A DNA stretch of 64,000 nucleotides from Felis catus (taxonomy: Eukaryota). The notes under the pieces were generated by a model, which was not told the DNA's origin, ran no database searches, and saw only the letters and a list, made by a program, of their open reading frames with translations. The translations under genes were made by a program, and so were the position numbers. Positions within the stretch are counted from its first letter, which is position 1; each line of letters opens with the position of its first letter. Of this stretch, positions 37,381 through 49,280 are shown in pieces. The stretch spans positions 112,408,001 through 112,472,000 of the forward strand of contig NC_058373.1 in assembly GCF_018350175.1 (NCBI RefSeq), read 5' to 3'.

Positions 37381-39089
37381 TTGCTCCCGGTTTCATGGTG
37401 TGTCCTGTTGTGTTTTTAGTTTCAGTATCATTTATTTCTCCTCCTATCTGTATTATTTCCTTCTTTCTACTAGTTTTGGGTTTTGTTTGTTCTTTTGTCT
37501 AGCTCCTGTAAGTTTAGGTTGTTTATTTGAGATTTTCCTGCTTCGAGAGGTAGGCCTGTATAAACTTCCCTCTTGGAACTGCTTTGGCTGCATTTCAGAG
37601 GTTTTTGGACCATGGTGTTTTCATTTTTGTTTGTTTCTATGTATGTTTTGATTTCTTCTTTATTTGATTCATTGTTTAGTAGCGTATTATTTAACCTCCA
37701 CCTCCACGTATTTGTGCTCTTTCCAGATTTTTTTTCTTTTGGTTGATTTCTAGTTTCATACAATTGTGGTCAGAACAGATGCAAGCATGACTTCAATCTT
37801 TTCAAATTTGTTGAAGCTTGTTTTGTGGTGTAATGTGTGATCTGTTCTGAAGACTGTTTCATGTGCACTTGAATGTGTATTCTGTTTTAGGATGGAATAT
37901 TATCTGCTGAATCCAGCTGGTAGTGTGTCATTCAAAGCCACTATTTCCTCATTGGTTTTCTGTTTGGATGATCTGTCCATTGATGTAAGTGGGATGTTAA
38001 AGTCTCCTACTATTATTTGTTAAAGTCTCCTACTAGTTCCTTTATGTGTGTTATAAGCTGTTTTATGTAATTGGGTGCTTTCATGTTGGGTTCATAAATA
38101 TTTCCAGTTGTTTTATCTTCTTGTTGGATTGACCCCTTTCTTATTATATAGTGTCCTTCTTTATCTCTTGTCACAGTGTTTGTTTTAAAGTCTCTTATGT
38201 CTGATATAAGCATTGCTACCCTGGTTTTCTTTTCACATCCATAAATATTTCTCCATTTCCTCACTTTCAATCTGCAGGTGTTTTTGGTCTGAAATGAGTC
38301 CTTTTTAGGTAGCATATATGTTGATCTTGTTTTTTTATACATTTCATCTTCCTCTGTTTTTTGATTGGAGTGTGTAGTCCATTTACAATTAAAGTAATTA
38401 TTTATAAGTATGTATTCATTAAGATTTGTTACTTGTTTCATGGTGATTTTTGTAGTTTGTCTCTGATCTTCTCTTTCATGGTTTGTTGGGTTTTTTTTGG
38501 TTGGTCTTTGTGGGGTTTTTTTGGTTGTTATATACTTGAGTTCCTTTCTCTTTATTCTTTTCATGTTTATTAGTGGTGTTTGATATGTGGGTACAACTAG
38601 GTTTGTTTATAACATCTTCTGCATATAGCAGTCCCTATTAAGTTGATGGTTGCTTAAATTCAAACCCTTTATTTAGCCCTAGCCCCCCACATTTTAGGTA
38701 TATGGTGTTATATTTTATATTCTTTTTTGGCATCAATCCTTTGGCCAGTTTTTTACAGAAATACTTACTTTTACTGCTTTTGTCTTTTTAAATTTTCATA
38801 CTCTCACTAATGGTCTTTCCTTTCCACTCAGAAACTCCCCTTTAACTTTTCTTGTAGGGCTAGCAGCTTGTAGTCATTAACTTCTTTAGTTTTTGTTTGA
38901 GAAACTCTTTATTTCTCCTTTTATTCTGAATTATAGCCTTAGTATATAGAGAATTCTTAGCTGTAGGTTTTCATCTTTCAGCACTTTGAATATATCATAT
39001 CACTTCCTTCTGGCCTGACAAGTTTCTGCTTAAAAGTCCATGACAGCCTCATGGGGTTTCCCTTGTATTTTAATGTTTTTATTTTTCTT

Positions 39090-39321
39090 TTATTTATTTT
39101 TTTTTTTAATTTTTTTTTCAACGTTTATTTATTTTTGGGACAGAGAGAGACAGAGCACGAACGGGGGAGGGGCAGAGAGAGAGGGAGACACAGAATCGGA
39201 AACAGGCTCCAGGCTCTGAGCTGTCAGCACAGAGCCCGACACGGGGCTCGAACTCACGGACCGCGAGATCATGACCTGGCTGAAGTCGGATGCTTAACTG
39301 ACTGCGCCACCCAGGCGCCCC
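39090..39321 (-). mobile_element. Can-SINE with mixed subfamily diagnostics
   Basis: TSD ATGTTTTTATTTTTCTT. Confidence 0.96.
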
Positions 39322-40522
39322 ATGTTTTTATTTTTCTTGCTGATATAAAATTCTTTTCCACTACTGTTTGCCATTTTGATTACTATGTGTCTTCTTGTGG
39401 ACTTCTTTGGTTGATTTTGTTGGGGATCTCTGTGTTTCATGGATTTGGGTAACTGTTTCCTTCTGTAGATTTGGGAAATTCAGCTATTATTTCTGCAAGT
39501 AAATTTCTTCCCCCTTCTCTCTCTCTTCTTCTTCTGTGATACCTCTAATGCAAATTTTACTATGCTTGATGGAGTCACTGATTTCCTTAAGTCTATTGTT
39601 GGTTTGCTTAATTTCCCACCCTCACATTTTCAGTGTGGGTAGTTTCCATTACTCTGTCTTCCAGTTCATTAATTCATTCCTCAGCTTCTTCTGGCCTGAT
39701 ACTTTTTCCATCAACTGTATTCTTAATTTCAAGTATTTTGTTCTTCATCTCTGTTTCCTTTTTAACTCTGTGTTAAGTGTCTCACTGATGTCCTCTTCTC
39801 TTTTCTCAAATCCAAGATGAATATCTTTATGATCATTATTTTAAATTCTCTATCAGGTATGTTACTTATGTCTATTTAGCTTAGGTCTCTTGCTGTGGTT
39901 TTGTCTCGTTCTTTTATTTGTGACATATTCTTCTGTTTACTCATTTTGACTAAGTGTGTGTGTTTTTGTGTGTTAGGAAAGTATTTTGGGTTTATATTAG
40001 TATTGAATTATAGTTTTAATTTGCATTTCCCTAATGACTAACGATGTTGACCCACCACCTGTCTCTTCTCCTCCTCCTCCAATAAGACCTGTGAGCTTAT
40101 TGGTCATTTTTGTAGCTTCATTTGTGAAGCATGTGTTCATATATTTTACTTATTTTTCATTTGTAAGTGTTCCTTCTGTATTCTGGATAGCTGTTCCTCA
40201 TCAGATATATACTTTGTTGATATTTTCTCACAATTTGTGATTTGCCTATTCATTTTCTTCATGGTATCATTTTGATGACCAGTTTTAAATTTTGATGGTC
40301 TATTTTATCAACTTTTTTTCCTGTGACTATACTTTTCTGTGTACAGTGTAAAATCATTGCCTATTTCAAAGTTGGAAAGATGTTTTAACATGGTTTCTTA
40401 TAGAAGCCTTATGTTGAGATCTATGACTTACCATCACCATTGTTATTTTTAATCTAAGGTTTAATTAATGGTCATATATTACTTTTATTTGTCTAGATTC
40501 TTTAGTCCAATAGAACAGTTCT

Positions 40523-40752
40523 GGGGCGCCTGGGTGATTCAGTCAGTTAAGAGCCCGACTTCAGCTCAGGTCATGATCTCACAGTTCATGAGTTTGAGCC
40601 CCGCGTTGGACTCCCTGCTGACAGCTCAGAGCCTGGAGCTGGCTTTAGATTTTGTATCACCCTCTGTCTCTGTGCTTCTCCCCTGCTCATGCTCTGTCTC
40701 CCTCTCTCAAAAATAAATATTAAAAAAAAATTTTTTTAATTAAGAAAAATAA
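40523..40752 (+). mobile_element. Can-SINE
   Basis: GGGGCGCCTGGGTGATTCAGTC head; imperfect TSD AAT(A/G)GAAC(A/T)GTTCT. Confidence 0.95.
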
Positions 40753-40769
40753 AATGGAACTGTTCTTCA

Positions 40770-42097
40770 TTTTTTTTTTGATTATTGAAGTATAATTGGC
40801 ATACATAATTATTTTAGTTTCAGGAATAAAGCATTAATTTGACAATTCAGTACATTACTCAGTGCTCACCGAAATAAGTGTAGTCACCATCTGTCACTAT
40901 ACAACATTATTGCAACATTATTGACTATATTCATGTGTTGTACTGTTCATCTCTGTGACTTATACCTGGAAATTTGTACCTCTTAATCCCCTTTATCTAG
41001 TTTGCTCATCTCCCACCCACCTCCTTCCTCTCTGGCAACTGCCAGTTTGTTCTCTGTATTTAAGGGTCTCTCTGTTTGTTTTGGGTTTTGTTGTTGTTGT
41101 TGTTGTTACACATATAATGAGATGGATGGTATTTGGCTTTCTCTAACTTACTTTTTTTCATTTTTTTGATTGTTTCAAGTTTTTATTTAAATTCCAGTTA
41201 CTTAACATATAGTGTAATATTAATTTTAGGTGTTGAATTTAGTGATTCATCACTTACATATTAACACTCAGTGCTCATAGGAACAAGTGCCCTCCTTAGT
41301 ACTCATCACACATTTAACCTGTCCACCTGCCCATCTCCCCTCCAATAACCCTTAGTTTTTCTGTACAGTTAGGACTGTTTTATGGTTTGCCTCTTTCTTT
41401 TTTTTCTCTGTATATTCTTCTGTTTTTTTTTCTTAAATTCCATATATGAGTGAAATCAAACGGTATTTGTCTTTCTCTGACTGACTTACTTCCACCTCCA
41501 TTCACATCACTTCAAATGGCAAGATTTCATTCTTCACCACATGTTCTTTATCCATTCATCAATCGTTGGACATTTGGGGTTTTTCCATAATTTTGCTGTT
41601 GTTGATTGGAGTGTATGTGTCCTTTCGAATCAGTATTTTTGTATGCTTTGGTTAAATGCCTGGTAGTGCAATTGCTGGATCATAGAGTGGTTCTATTTTT
41701 AACTTTTTTAGGAAGCTCGATACTGTTTTCCAGAGTGGTTGTAACTGTCTGCATTCCCACCAACAGTGTAAGGGATGTTCCCCTTTCTCTGCATTGTTGC
41801 CAACATTTGTTGTTTTCTGAATTGTCACTTTTAACCATTCTGAAAGATGTGAGGTGATATCTCATTGTAGTTTTGATTTGTATATCCCTGATAATGAGTG
41901 GTGCTGAGCATCTTTTCTTGTGTCTGCTAGCCATCCGGATGTTTGGGGAAAATGTCTCTTCATGTGTTCTTCCTATGTCTTAACTGGATTATTTGTTTTA
42001 TGGGTATTGAGTTTGGTAAGTTTTGTATATATTTTGAATATTAATATTAACCCTTTATCAGATATGTCATCTGCAAATATCTTCTCCCAATCCGTTA
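40770..42097 (-). mobile_element. Two stacked carnivore L1 3' ends (second begins ~41152)
   Basis: Two successive 3'UTR termini; peptide [23 protein letters not shown]. Confidence 0.88.
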
Positions 42098-42099
42098 CA

Positions 42100-44125
42100 A
42101 GTTATTCATGAATTATTCGTGGGGTAATGTTTTGAGAATGTCAGTTCCTTTACAACATTTTATCCAGTGTTTTAACATCCACTGACAATTCTTTCCTACA
42201 TCTGTTATTACTCTGGAGGTTGTTAACTGATAATTGTCTAATTCTGTTATTATTTCTACAGGTATTATTCACATTCCCCTATAAAGGAGAGATTTTTGTT
42301 TTGCCCAGTCTCTCCTTTGTTTCTTTTTTTAAGTTAGATATTTCATACTCTGTTATATCATTGTTCATTCTGATGTTTAAATAATTCCAAATTTGTCATT
42401 GGGCAGTTCTTCATGTTGGCTCCTGAATCGTTTTGACATGTTCTCTGTTGTATTTGACCACTTTTAAACTTTTTATCACAAGATGATATTCAGTTTCATT
42501 TAATGTTTTTTTCTTTGCTTTGTGTTGTTTTTCTGCCCTAGACCTGGAATTAGACATACCCTCCAGGGTGCTAGATGTCCTCATTGTTACTGTGTGTCAT
42601 GAACTCTTGGCCTTTTCAGTAGACACAGCTTGAAAAAAAAATTTAAAAAGTATGAGCATCATGAATTCCTACTGAAACCTAAAATACAATCCATAATCTC
42701 ATGGTTTTTCTCTTGTTACCCTCTTCTGTATTTGCATCTCCTTTCTTCCATAGAGAATCCTGGGTCTTATTTTTTCTTTAGTGCTGTTAGGTTATTAATT
42801 TGAGTTATGGTTGGGTTAATCTGGTGCCCATATTTTTATTTTTTCATCTTCATTTATTTTAACATTTTGAATATACAACATGAATATGGTTCAAATATAA
42901 AAATTATATCAAAAAGTATACTTAGAGACCTCTCAATCCTTTCCCTATCCATTCTACTCTGTTCTTTTACTCTGTAGAGATCCAATTTCATTTTTTGGTT
43001 ACTCTTTCATGTTTCTTCTTTACAGAGGTAGATACTTATATAGTCTCTAAATTTACCTTCTTTCTTATTTGAAAATAGCATCAATAATGTTATGCAATTT
43101 GCTTATTTCACATATTAATATTAATTTCACATATTAATATCCTGGAAATTATGAATCACAGAGACCTTTATGTATTTTACAGTTATATAATATTACATTG
43201 TGTGGAAGTGTGATAATTATTCTACCCAATGTTTTATGTATGAGTATTTATGAACATTCAGTGTTTTCTGCTCCCAGTTTGTTGCTTTCACAAATAAGTG
43301 AATAATCTTATGTAAACTTTTTTTCTCTATTGTTCAAAATGTATCTTCTGTGTAAATTCCCAGAAGTGGAATTCTTGAGTCAAAAAGCAAATGCTTATAA
43401 ACTTTTCTTATATATGCTTAAATCCTCCATTACAAGAGTTGTAACATTCTGCCCTGCCCCCAGCAATGAAGGAGAGTAAGTTCTTTCCCCACATCCTATT
43501 GAGCAAAGTAACATTGCCAAGCATTAGAATTTTTGCCAGTTTGATAGGTGAATGATAGTATCTCAGTTTAGGTTTAATTTGCATTTATCTTTTGTAAGTA
43601 AAGTTGAACATTGTTTCATATATTAAGGTGCTATTTGAATATCTTTTTTTTTAATGCTTGTTTATATTAGAGAGAGAGGGTGGGGGAGCAGCAGAGAGAG
43701 AGGGGGACAAAGATCTGAAGGCCTCTGTGCTAACAGCAGAGAGCCCAAGGTAGGGCTCGATCTCATGAACCATGTAATCATGACCTGAGCCAAAATCAGA
43801 CGCTCAACCGACTGAGCCATGCAGGCACCCCTTAATATCTTTTATTCTGAACACTCTGGTCAGTTTCTTAGTTGTTTTTTTTTTTTCATTTTTGGTTTTT
43901 AGGTATAACTTATACATTAGGGATATTAGCACTTACTGTATCACATGTGTTTAGAATAATATTTTCTAATTTGTTATTTGTCTTTTGAATCCATTCTTGG
44001 AGTACTTTGGCTTCACAAAACTTTTTTTTAACTAGTTGAATATACTCATCTTTTATTACTTCTGGATTTTCAATTATCTTTATAAACTTCTTCTGATACC
44101 CAGGTCATAAAGGAATTCATCTTTG
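42100..44125 (-). mobile_element. Ancient L1MC/ME-type 3' fragments
   Basis: CTGCCCTAGACCTGGAATTAGAC, TAAATTCCCAGAAGTGGAATT, TTTAATTTGCATTT motifs. Confidence 0.6.
43645..43831 (-). mobile_element. Can-SINE
   Basis: TSD AATATCTTTTT. Confidence 0.92.
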
Positions 44126-45386
44126 TATTTTTTACCAGCTTTATTTATATATAATGTACATATCATAAAATTCTTCCATGTAAAGTGTATTTTAATACAT
44201 TCAGTGGTTTGTAGCATACTCAGTGTTTAGTATATAACAAAGTCATAGTCCCATCAATTTTAGAGTATCTTCACACTCAAGAGAAAAACCCTGTGCTCAT
44301 CAATAGTCACTCCTTATTTTCTCTCCTCTCCTAAGCCATAGTCCATTATGGATCTACATTCTGTCTGTGTATATTTATCTGCTCTAGACATTGCATATAA
44401 AAGGAATCAGTGTAATATGTGGCCTTTCTGTGTCAGGCTTCTTTCATTTAGTATAATCTTGTTCAGAGTTCATCCATGTTGTGTGATTTATCAGTACTTT
44501 ATTTCCCTTTATTGCCATATAATAACTCGTTTATTAGCATCGCATGCTTTGTTTATCCAGTCATCATTTGATGAACATTGAAGTTCTTTTTTTGCCATTT
44601 TGAATAATACTGCTATGAATATTTGCATAGATGTTTTTGCACGTACATATGTACACGTTTTCACTTCTGTTGTGTATATACATGGGTGTGAAATTATTGA
44701 GGTATACAGTCACAGTCTAACTTTTTTGAGGAACTGCTGATTTGTTTTCCAAAGTGGCTGAATGTTTTGATTTTCCACCAGCAATGTATGAGGGTTTCAA
44801 ATTCTCCGCATTGTCACTGACACTTACCTGATTTTTCAATTGTAGCCATTCTGTTTGGTGTAAAGTTTTATCTCATTTTGATTTTCATTTTCATTTTCTT
44901 AATGACTAATGATGTTGGACAGCTTTTCTGTATTATTGACTCATCATCCTTTAGTCATTGTTTAATTTGGTTGTCTTTCAAACATTTTTTTATTTTAAAT
45001 TCTAGTAGTTAACATACATTGTTATATTACTTTCAGTTGTACGATAGAGTGATTCAACAATTCCGTACATCACTTGGGCTGTCTTTTTATTGTTGAATTG
45101 TAAGAATCTTTATATATCCTGGATACTGCTTTATCAGATAGATGATTTACAAATATTGTCTCACATTCTGTGGGTTTGTCCTTTCATTTTCTTAGTGTTC
45201 TTACCAGCAAAAATTATTAATTTATATGATATCCATTTTTTTCTATTCTTTTGTTGCTTTTGATATCATACCAAAGAAGCCATTACTTAATCCAAAGTCA
45301 CAAAGATTTACTCTTGTGTTGTCTTTCAGGACATGAAACATGAGTTTTAGCCTCATATGTTAAGGTTTTTTTTAAATCCATTTTGA

Positions 45387-45600
45387 GGGGCGCCTGGGTG
45401 GCGCAGTCGGTTAAGCGTCCGACTTCAGCCAGGTCACGATCTCGCGGTCCGGGAGTTCGAGCCCCGCGTCGGGCTCTGGGCTGATGGCTCAGAGCCTGGA
45501 GCCTGTTTCAGATTCTGTGTCTCCCTCTCTCTCTGCCCCTCCCCCATTCATGCTCTGTCTCTCTCTGTCCCAAAAATAAATAAACGTTGGAAAAAAAAAA
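45387..45600 (+). mobile_element. Very young SINEC_Fc-type SINE
   Basis: Near-identical to the 22620 copy; perfect 16-bp TSD TTTAAATCCATTTTGA. Confidence 0.98.
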
Positions 45601-46917
45601 TTTAAATCCATTTTGAATTAATTTTAATATGTGGTTTAAAGTAGTATTCCACCTTTTTGCATGTGGGTATCTAGTTGTCACATCAACATTTGTTGAAAAG
45701 ACTCTTCTTTCCTCTATGGAATTGTGTTGGCACCTTTACTGAAAATTAATTGACCTTAACTGTCAGGGTTTATTTCTGTACTTTCAATTTAATTCTGTTG
45801 ATCTATATGTCTGTATGCCAGTACCATATTGACTTGATTTACCATAGCATTGTAATAACTTTTGAAAATGTGATGTGTGAGTCTGCCAAGTTTTTTATTT
45901 CTCAAGTGTGTGACTGTTGAGGATCCCTCTAATGTCTATATGATCAGTTTTTTTCAGGATCAGTTTGACAGTTTGTGCAAAATAGCCTACTGAGATTTTA
46001 GTAAGATATGTTGAATATATAGATCAAGAGGAGTAATGCTATCTTAATAATTAAATTTTCTAACTCAGGAAAATAGGGTGTTTATTTAGATATTTTAAGT
46101 GATATTTTTTAGTTTTCAATATGTAAGTCTTACACTTGTTTTGTTAAATTTACTTGGAAGTATTCATTCTTTTGATGCTATTTTAAATGGAATTGTTTTC
46201 TTCATTTTATTTTCAAATTGTTTATTGATGGTATATAAAAATGTAATAGACTTTTTAAATTAAAATTTTTATTTTGGGATAATTGTAGATTCACATTTCA
46301 TTATAAGATTTAATACAGAGAGATCCTCTGTAACCTCTATCCAGTTTCTCCAAAAGGTAATATTTTACAAATTAGTACAATGTGATAACCAAGACGTTGA
46401 TGTTGATCCAGTGAAGATATTTAGAATTTCTATCAACACGGTGATCCCTCATGTTGCCCATTTATAAAACACCCACGTATCTCCTACTATTACCCCACTG
46501 GAACCCTAGCAACCACTAATTTGTTCTTCATTTTTACGATATTGTTACTGCAAGAAAGTTATATAAATGGAATCCTACTGCATGTAATGTTATGGGTTAC
46601 TTTATTTTCTGTGGATTCATCGAAATTGTGGTATATATTTGTAGTTTGTTCCTTTGTATAACAAAGTAATATTCTTTGGTATGATAGTGCCATGGTTTAA
46701 TGTTCACTCATTGAAGAACATCTGAGATGTTTCCAGTTTGGGCCAAATACAAAGCTGCTATAAACATTCCAATATAGTTGAATGGAAACCAATCTGGCAA
46801 TAAACTTCATATATTGAAAAAAAAATTCCAATATAAGTTTTGGTGTGAACATAGTTTTCATTCCTCTGGGATAAATGCTTAAGAGTACAGTTTCTAGGTT
46901 GCATGAATATTGCATAC

Positions 46918-47110
46918 TTTTTTTTTTTTTTTAATGTTTATTTTAAGAGAGTCTGAGTGGAGGAGGGGCAGAGAAAGAGGAAGAATCCAAAGCAGGCTCT
47001 GGGCTCTGAGCTGTCAGCACACAGCCCGATGCAGGGCTCAAACTCATGAACTGCTTGATCATGATCTGAGCCAAAGTTGGATGCTTAAGCGAATGAGCCA
47101 CCCAGGCACT
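46918..47110 (-). mobile_element. Can-SINE
   Basis: Standard body; imperfect TSD TGCA(T/C)ACTT. Confidence 0.93.
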
Positions 47111-47653
47111 TCTGCACACTTAGTTTTTAAAGTAATTGCCAAACTGTATTGCTGAATAGCTATACCCTTGTGCATTCCCACTAGCTAGGAATGAGTTATC
47201 CAGTTCCTTTACAACCTAAGATTTTCTTTTTTTTCCTTTCTAAAATTTTTATAGTTTTACATTTCACATTTTAGTCCATGATCCATTTTGAGTTAATTTT
47301 TATATAAGGTGTAAAACAGGTGGAGGTTACAATTTTGCCTAAGGATGTTCACTTGCTTCAGCACCATTTGTACGGGTCTGTCTTTTATTGAATTGCTTTT
47401 GCACTTATGTCAAAACTGAGTTGAGCATATTTATGTGAGTCTATTTCTGGGTTCTCTGATCTGATTCAATGATCCATGTGTATATCCTTTTGCTAATACC
47501 ACACAGTCATGATAACTGTTATCTGTATAAGTCTTGAAATTTAGAAGAATGATTTCTCACATTAGGTGCTTTTTTAAAAATAGCTTTAGCTGTTCTAGTT
47601 CATTTGCCTTTCCATATGAATTTTAGAATAATAATACCTGTATATACATAAAA

Positions 47654-48223
47654 TGTGACAGACTTTGAGTCTGGAGTTCTCTCTTGTCCAGTAAGAGAGT
47701 GGATGCAGAATTGAATACAAGAGAGGCTAATGTCCAGGAGGAGACAAGAGCCCTGAGTAAGGGTCCTTGCTCTGTATTTATTAGGATTGGAAGGCTTAAA
47801 TGCATGATGGATGTGCAGAAAGAGACAATAAAACAGTAATCATTAACTCATATGTGTGAGAGAAAAGGGGTTTCAAAGATAGCGGTGTTAGGGGTTAGGG
47901 TGAATACAAATCAAAGTCCCAGAGCTGAGCAGACAGCCATTTACTGTCTGTTTATCTTAACTTTTCTAGGGGCTAAGACAAATAGAGCATGCTGCCTCAG
48001 GGTTCACAAGGCATTTTTCTTGCTAATTAGCTCTGGGTGTTTCTGTCCTGCTGTGGTGGCGTTCTACCTCTACCTGTTCTCAAACACTTTTGTCCTGTGG
48101 AAGTGGCTTTCCACTCTGTGCTTTCTTCTGTGCTGGGTGCTTTTGTCCTGTGGTGGCTTTCTGCCCTAAGCCTTGTTAATCCATTGGTGAAAGCTCAGAG
48201 GATTCTTAAACTTATTCCCCACA
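47654..48223 (-). mobile_element. Solo LTR, probably ERVK/betaretrovirus-like
   Basis: 570 bp, TGTG...CACA termini (minus start TGTGGGGAAT); minus-strand AATAAA ~47777; internal repeats TTTTGTCCTGTGG; 6-bp flanks ATAAAA/ACAAAA; host L1 resumes either side. Confidence 0.82.
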
Positions 48224-49079
48224 ACAAAACTCACCGAGATTTTAAAAAGAAGCATGCTAAATCTGTGTATCAATTTGGGAAGAATTGTCATCTTTACTGT
48301 GTTCAGTCTTCAAATCCATGAATATCATATGGTTTTCCATTTATTAGGTCTTATATTTCTTTCACCAGTAGTTTGTAATTTTCAGTACAGAAGTTTTATA
48401 CATGACTTGTTGTATATGCATATGAGTATTTAATTTTCTTTTGAATAGTTGCCAATGGTATTATGTTCTTAACTTCACCATTCATGTTTTCATGGCTAGT
48501 TATAGAAATAAAATAGACTTTTGTATATTGATCTTCTATCCCAAGATCTCGATGAACTCATTTATCAGTTTTAGTGGTATTTTGTAGATTTTCTATTTTG
48601 CCAGTCATGTCATCTACAGTAATGGACAGTTTACTTCCTTCTTTCCAGTCTTTTATTTCCTTTTATTTCCTTCTTTCACTGGCTAAATCTTCCATTATTT
48701 CGTTGAATAAGAGTGAAGAGAGTCAACATCTTTGTTTTGTTCCTGACCTCCAGTGGAAAGCATTCAGTCTTTTTACTGTTAAGAATGGTGTTAACTGAAG
48801 ATTGTTTATAAGTGCTGTTTATCAAGTTGAGGAATTTTCCTTTACTGCTTTTTTATTTTTGAGAATTTTTGCATAGAGGAGTATTGAACAACACTTTTTC
48901 TGCTTCAGTTGTGTGATCATGTGATTGTACTTGTTTAGCCTATTTATATGTTGGATTACATTGGTTGTTTTTCAAATGTTGAACCAGCCTTGTGACCCTG
49001 GAATGAACCGCATTTGGTCGTGGTGTACAATTATATTTTTATATTGCTGAATTCTATTTGCCAACATTTTTTAAGGATC

Positions 49080-49280
49080 TTTTTTTTTTTTAAGTTTATT
49101 TAATTTGAGAGAGAAAGAGCAGGGGAAGGGCAGAGAAAGAGGGATAGAGAGAATCCCAAGGAGGCTTTGCACTGTCAGTACAGAGCCTGACATGGGGCTC
49201 AGACTCATGAACTGCAAGATCATGACCAGAGCCAAAATCAAGAGTCAGATGCTTAACCAACTGAGCCACCCAGGCACCCC
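49080..49280 (-). mobile_element. Can-SINE
   Basis: Standard body and head; no TSD found. Confidence 0.94.

Larger units (their letters stand above)
32650..39985 (-). mobile_element. Near-full-length carnivore L1 (3'UTR, ORF2, ORF1; 5'UTR not seen) with nested L1 and two SINEs
   Basis: 3'UTR at 32650-32945 resumes at ~34390; peptides [43 protein letters not shown]1 remnant ~38830-39800. Confidence 0.92.
44130..49079 (-). mobile_element. Stacked old L1MA/MB/MC elements (termini ~44130 and ~46255), with a ~90-bp carnivore L1 tail at ~44985-45074
   Basis: 3'UTR termini followed by antisense ORF2 up to TTGAACCAGCCTTG; interrupted by SINEs and an LTR. Confidence 0.82.

Noticed and set aside
47887..47900. 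TTAGGG telomere-like motif
   Set aside because: Only two imperfect units inside an LTR.
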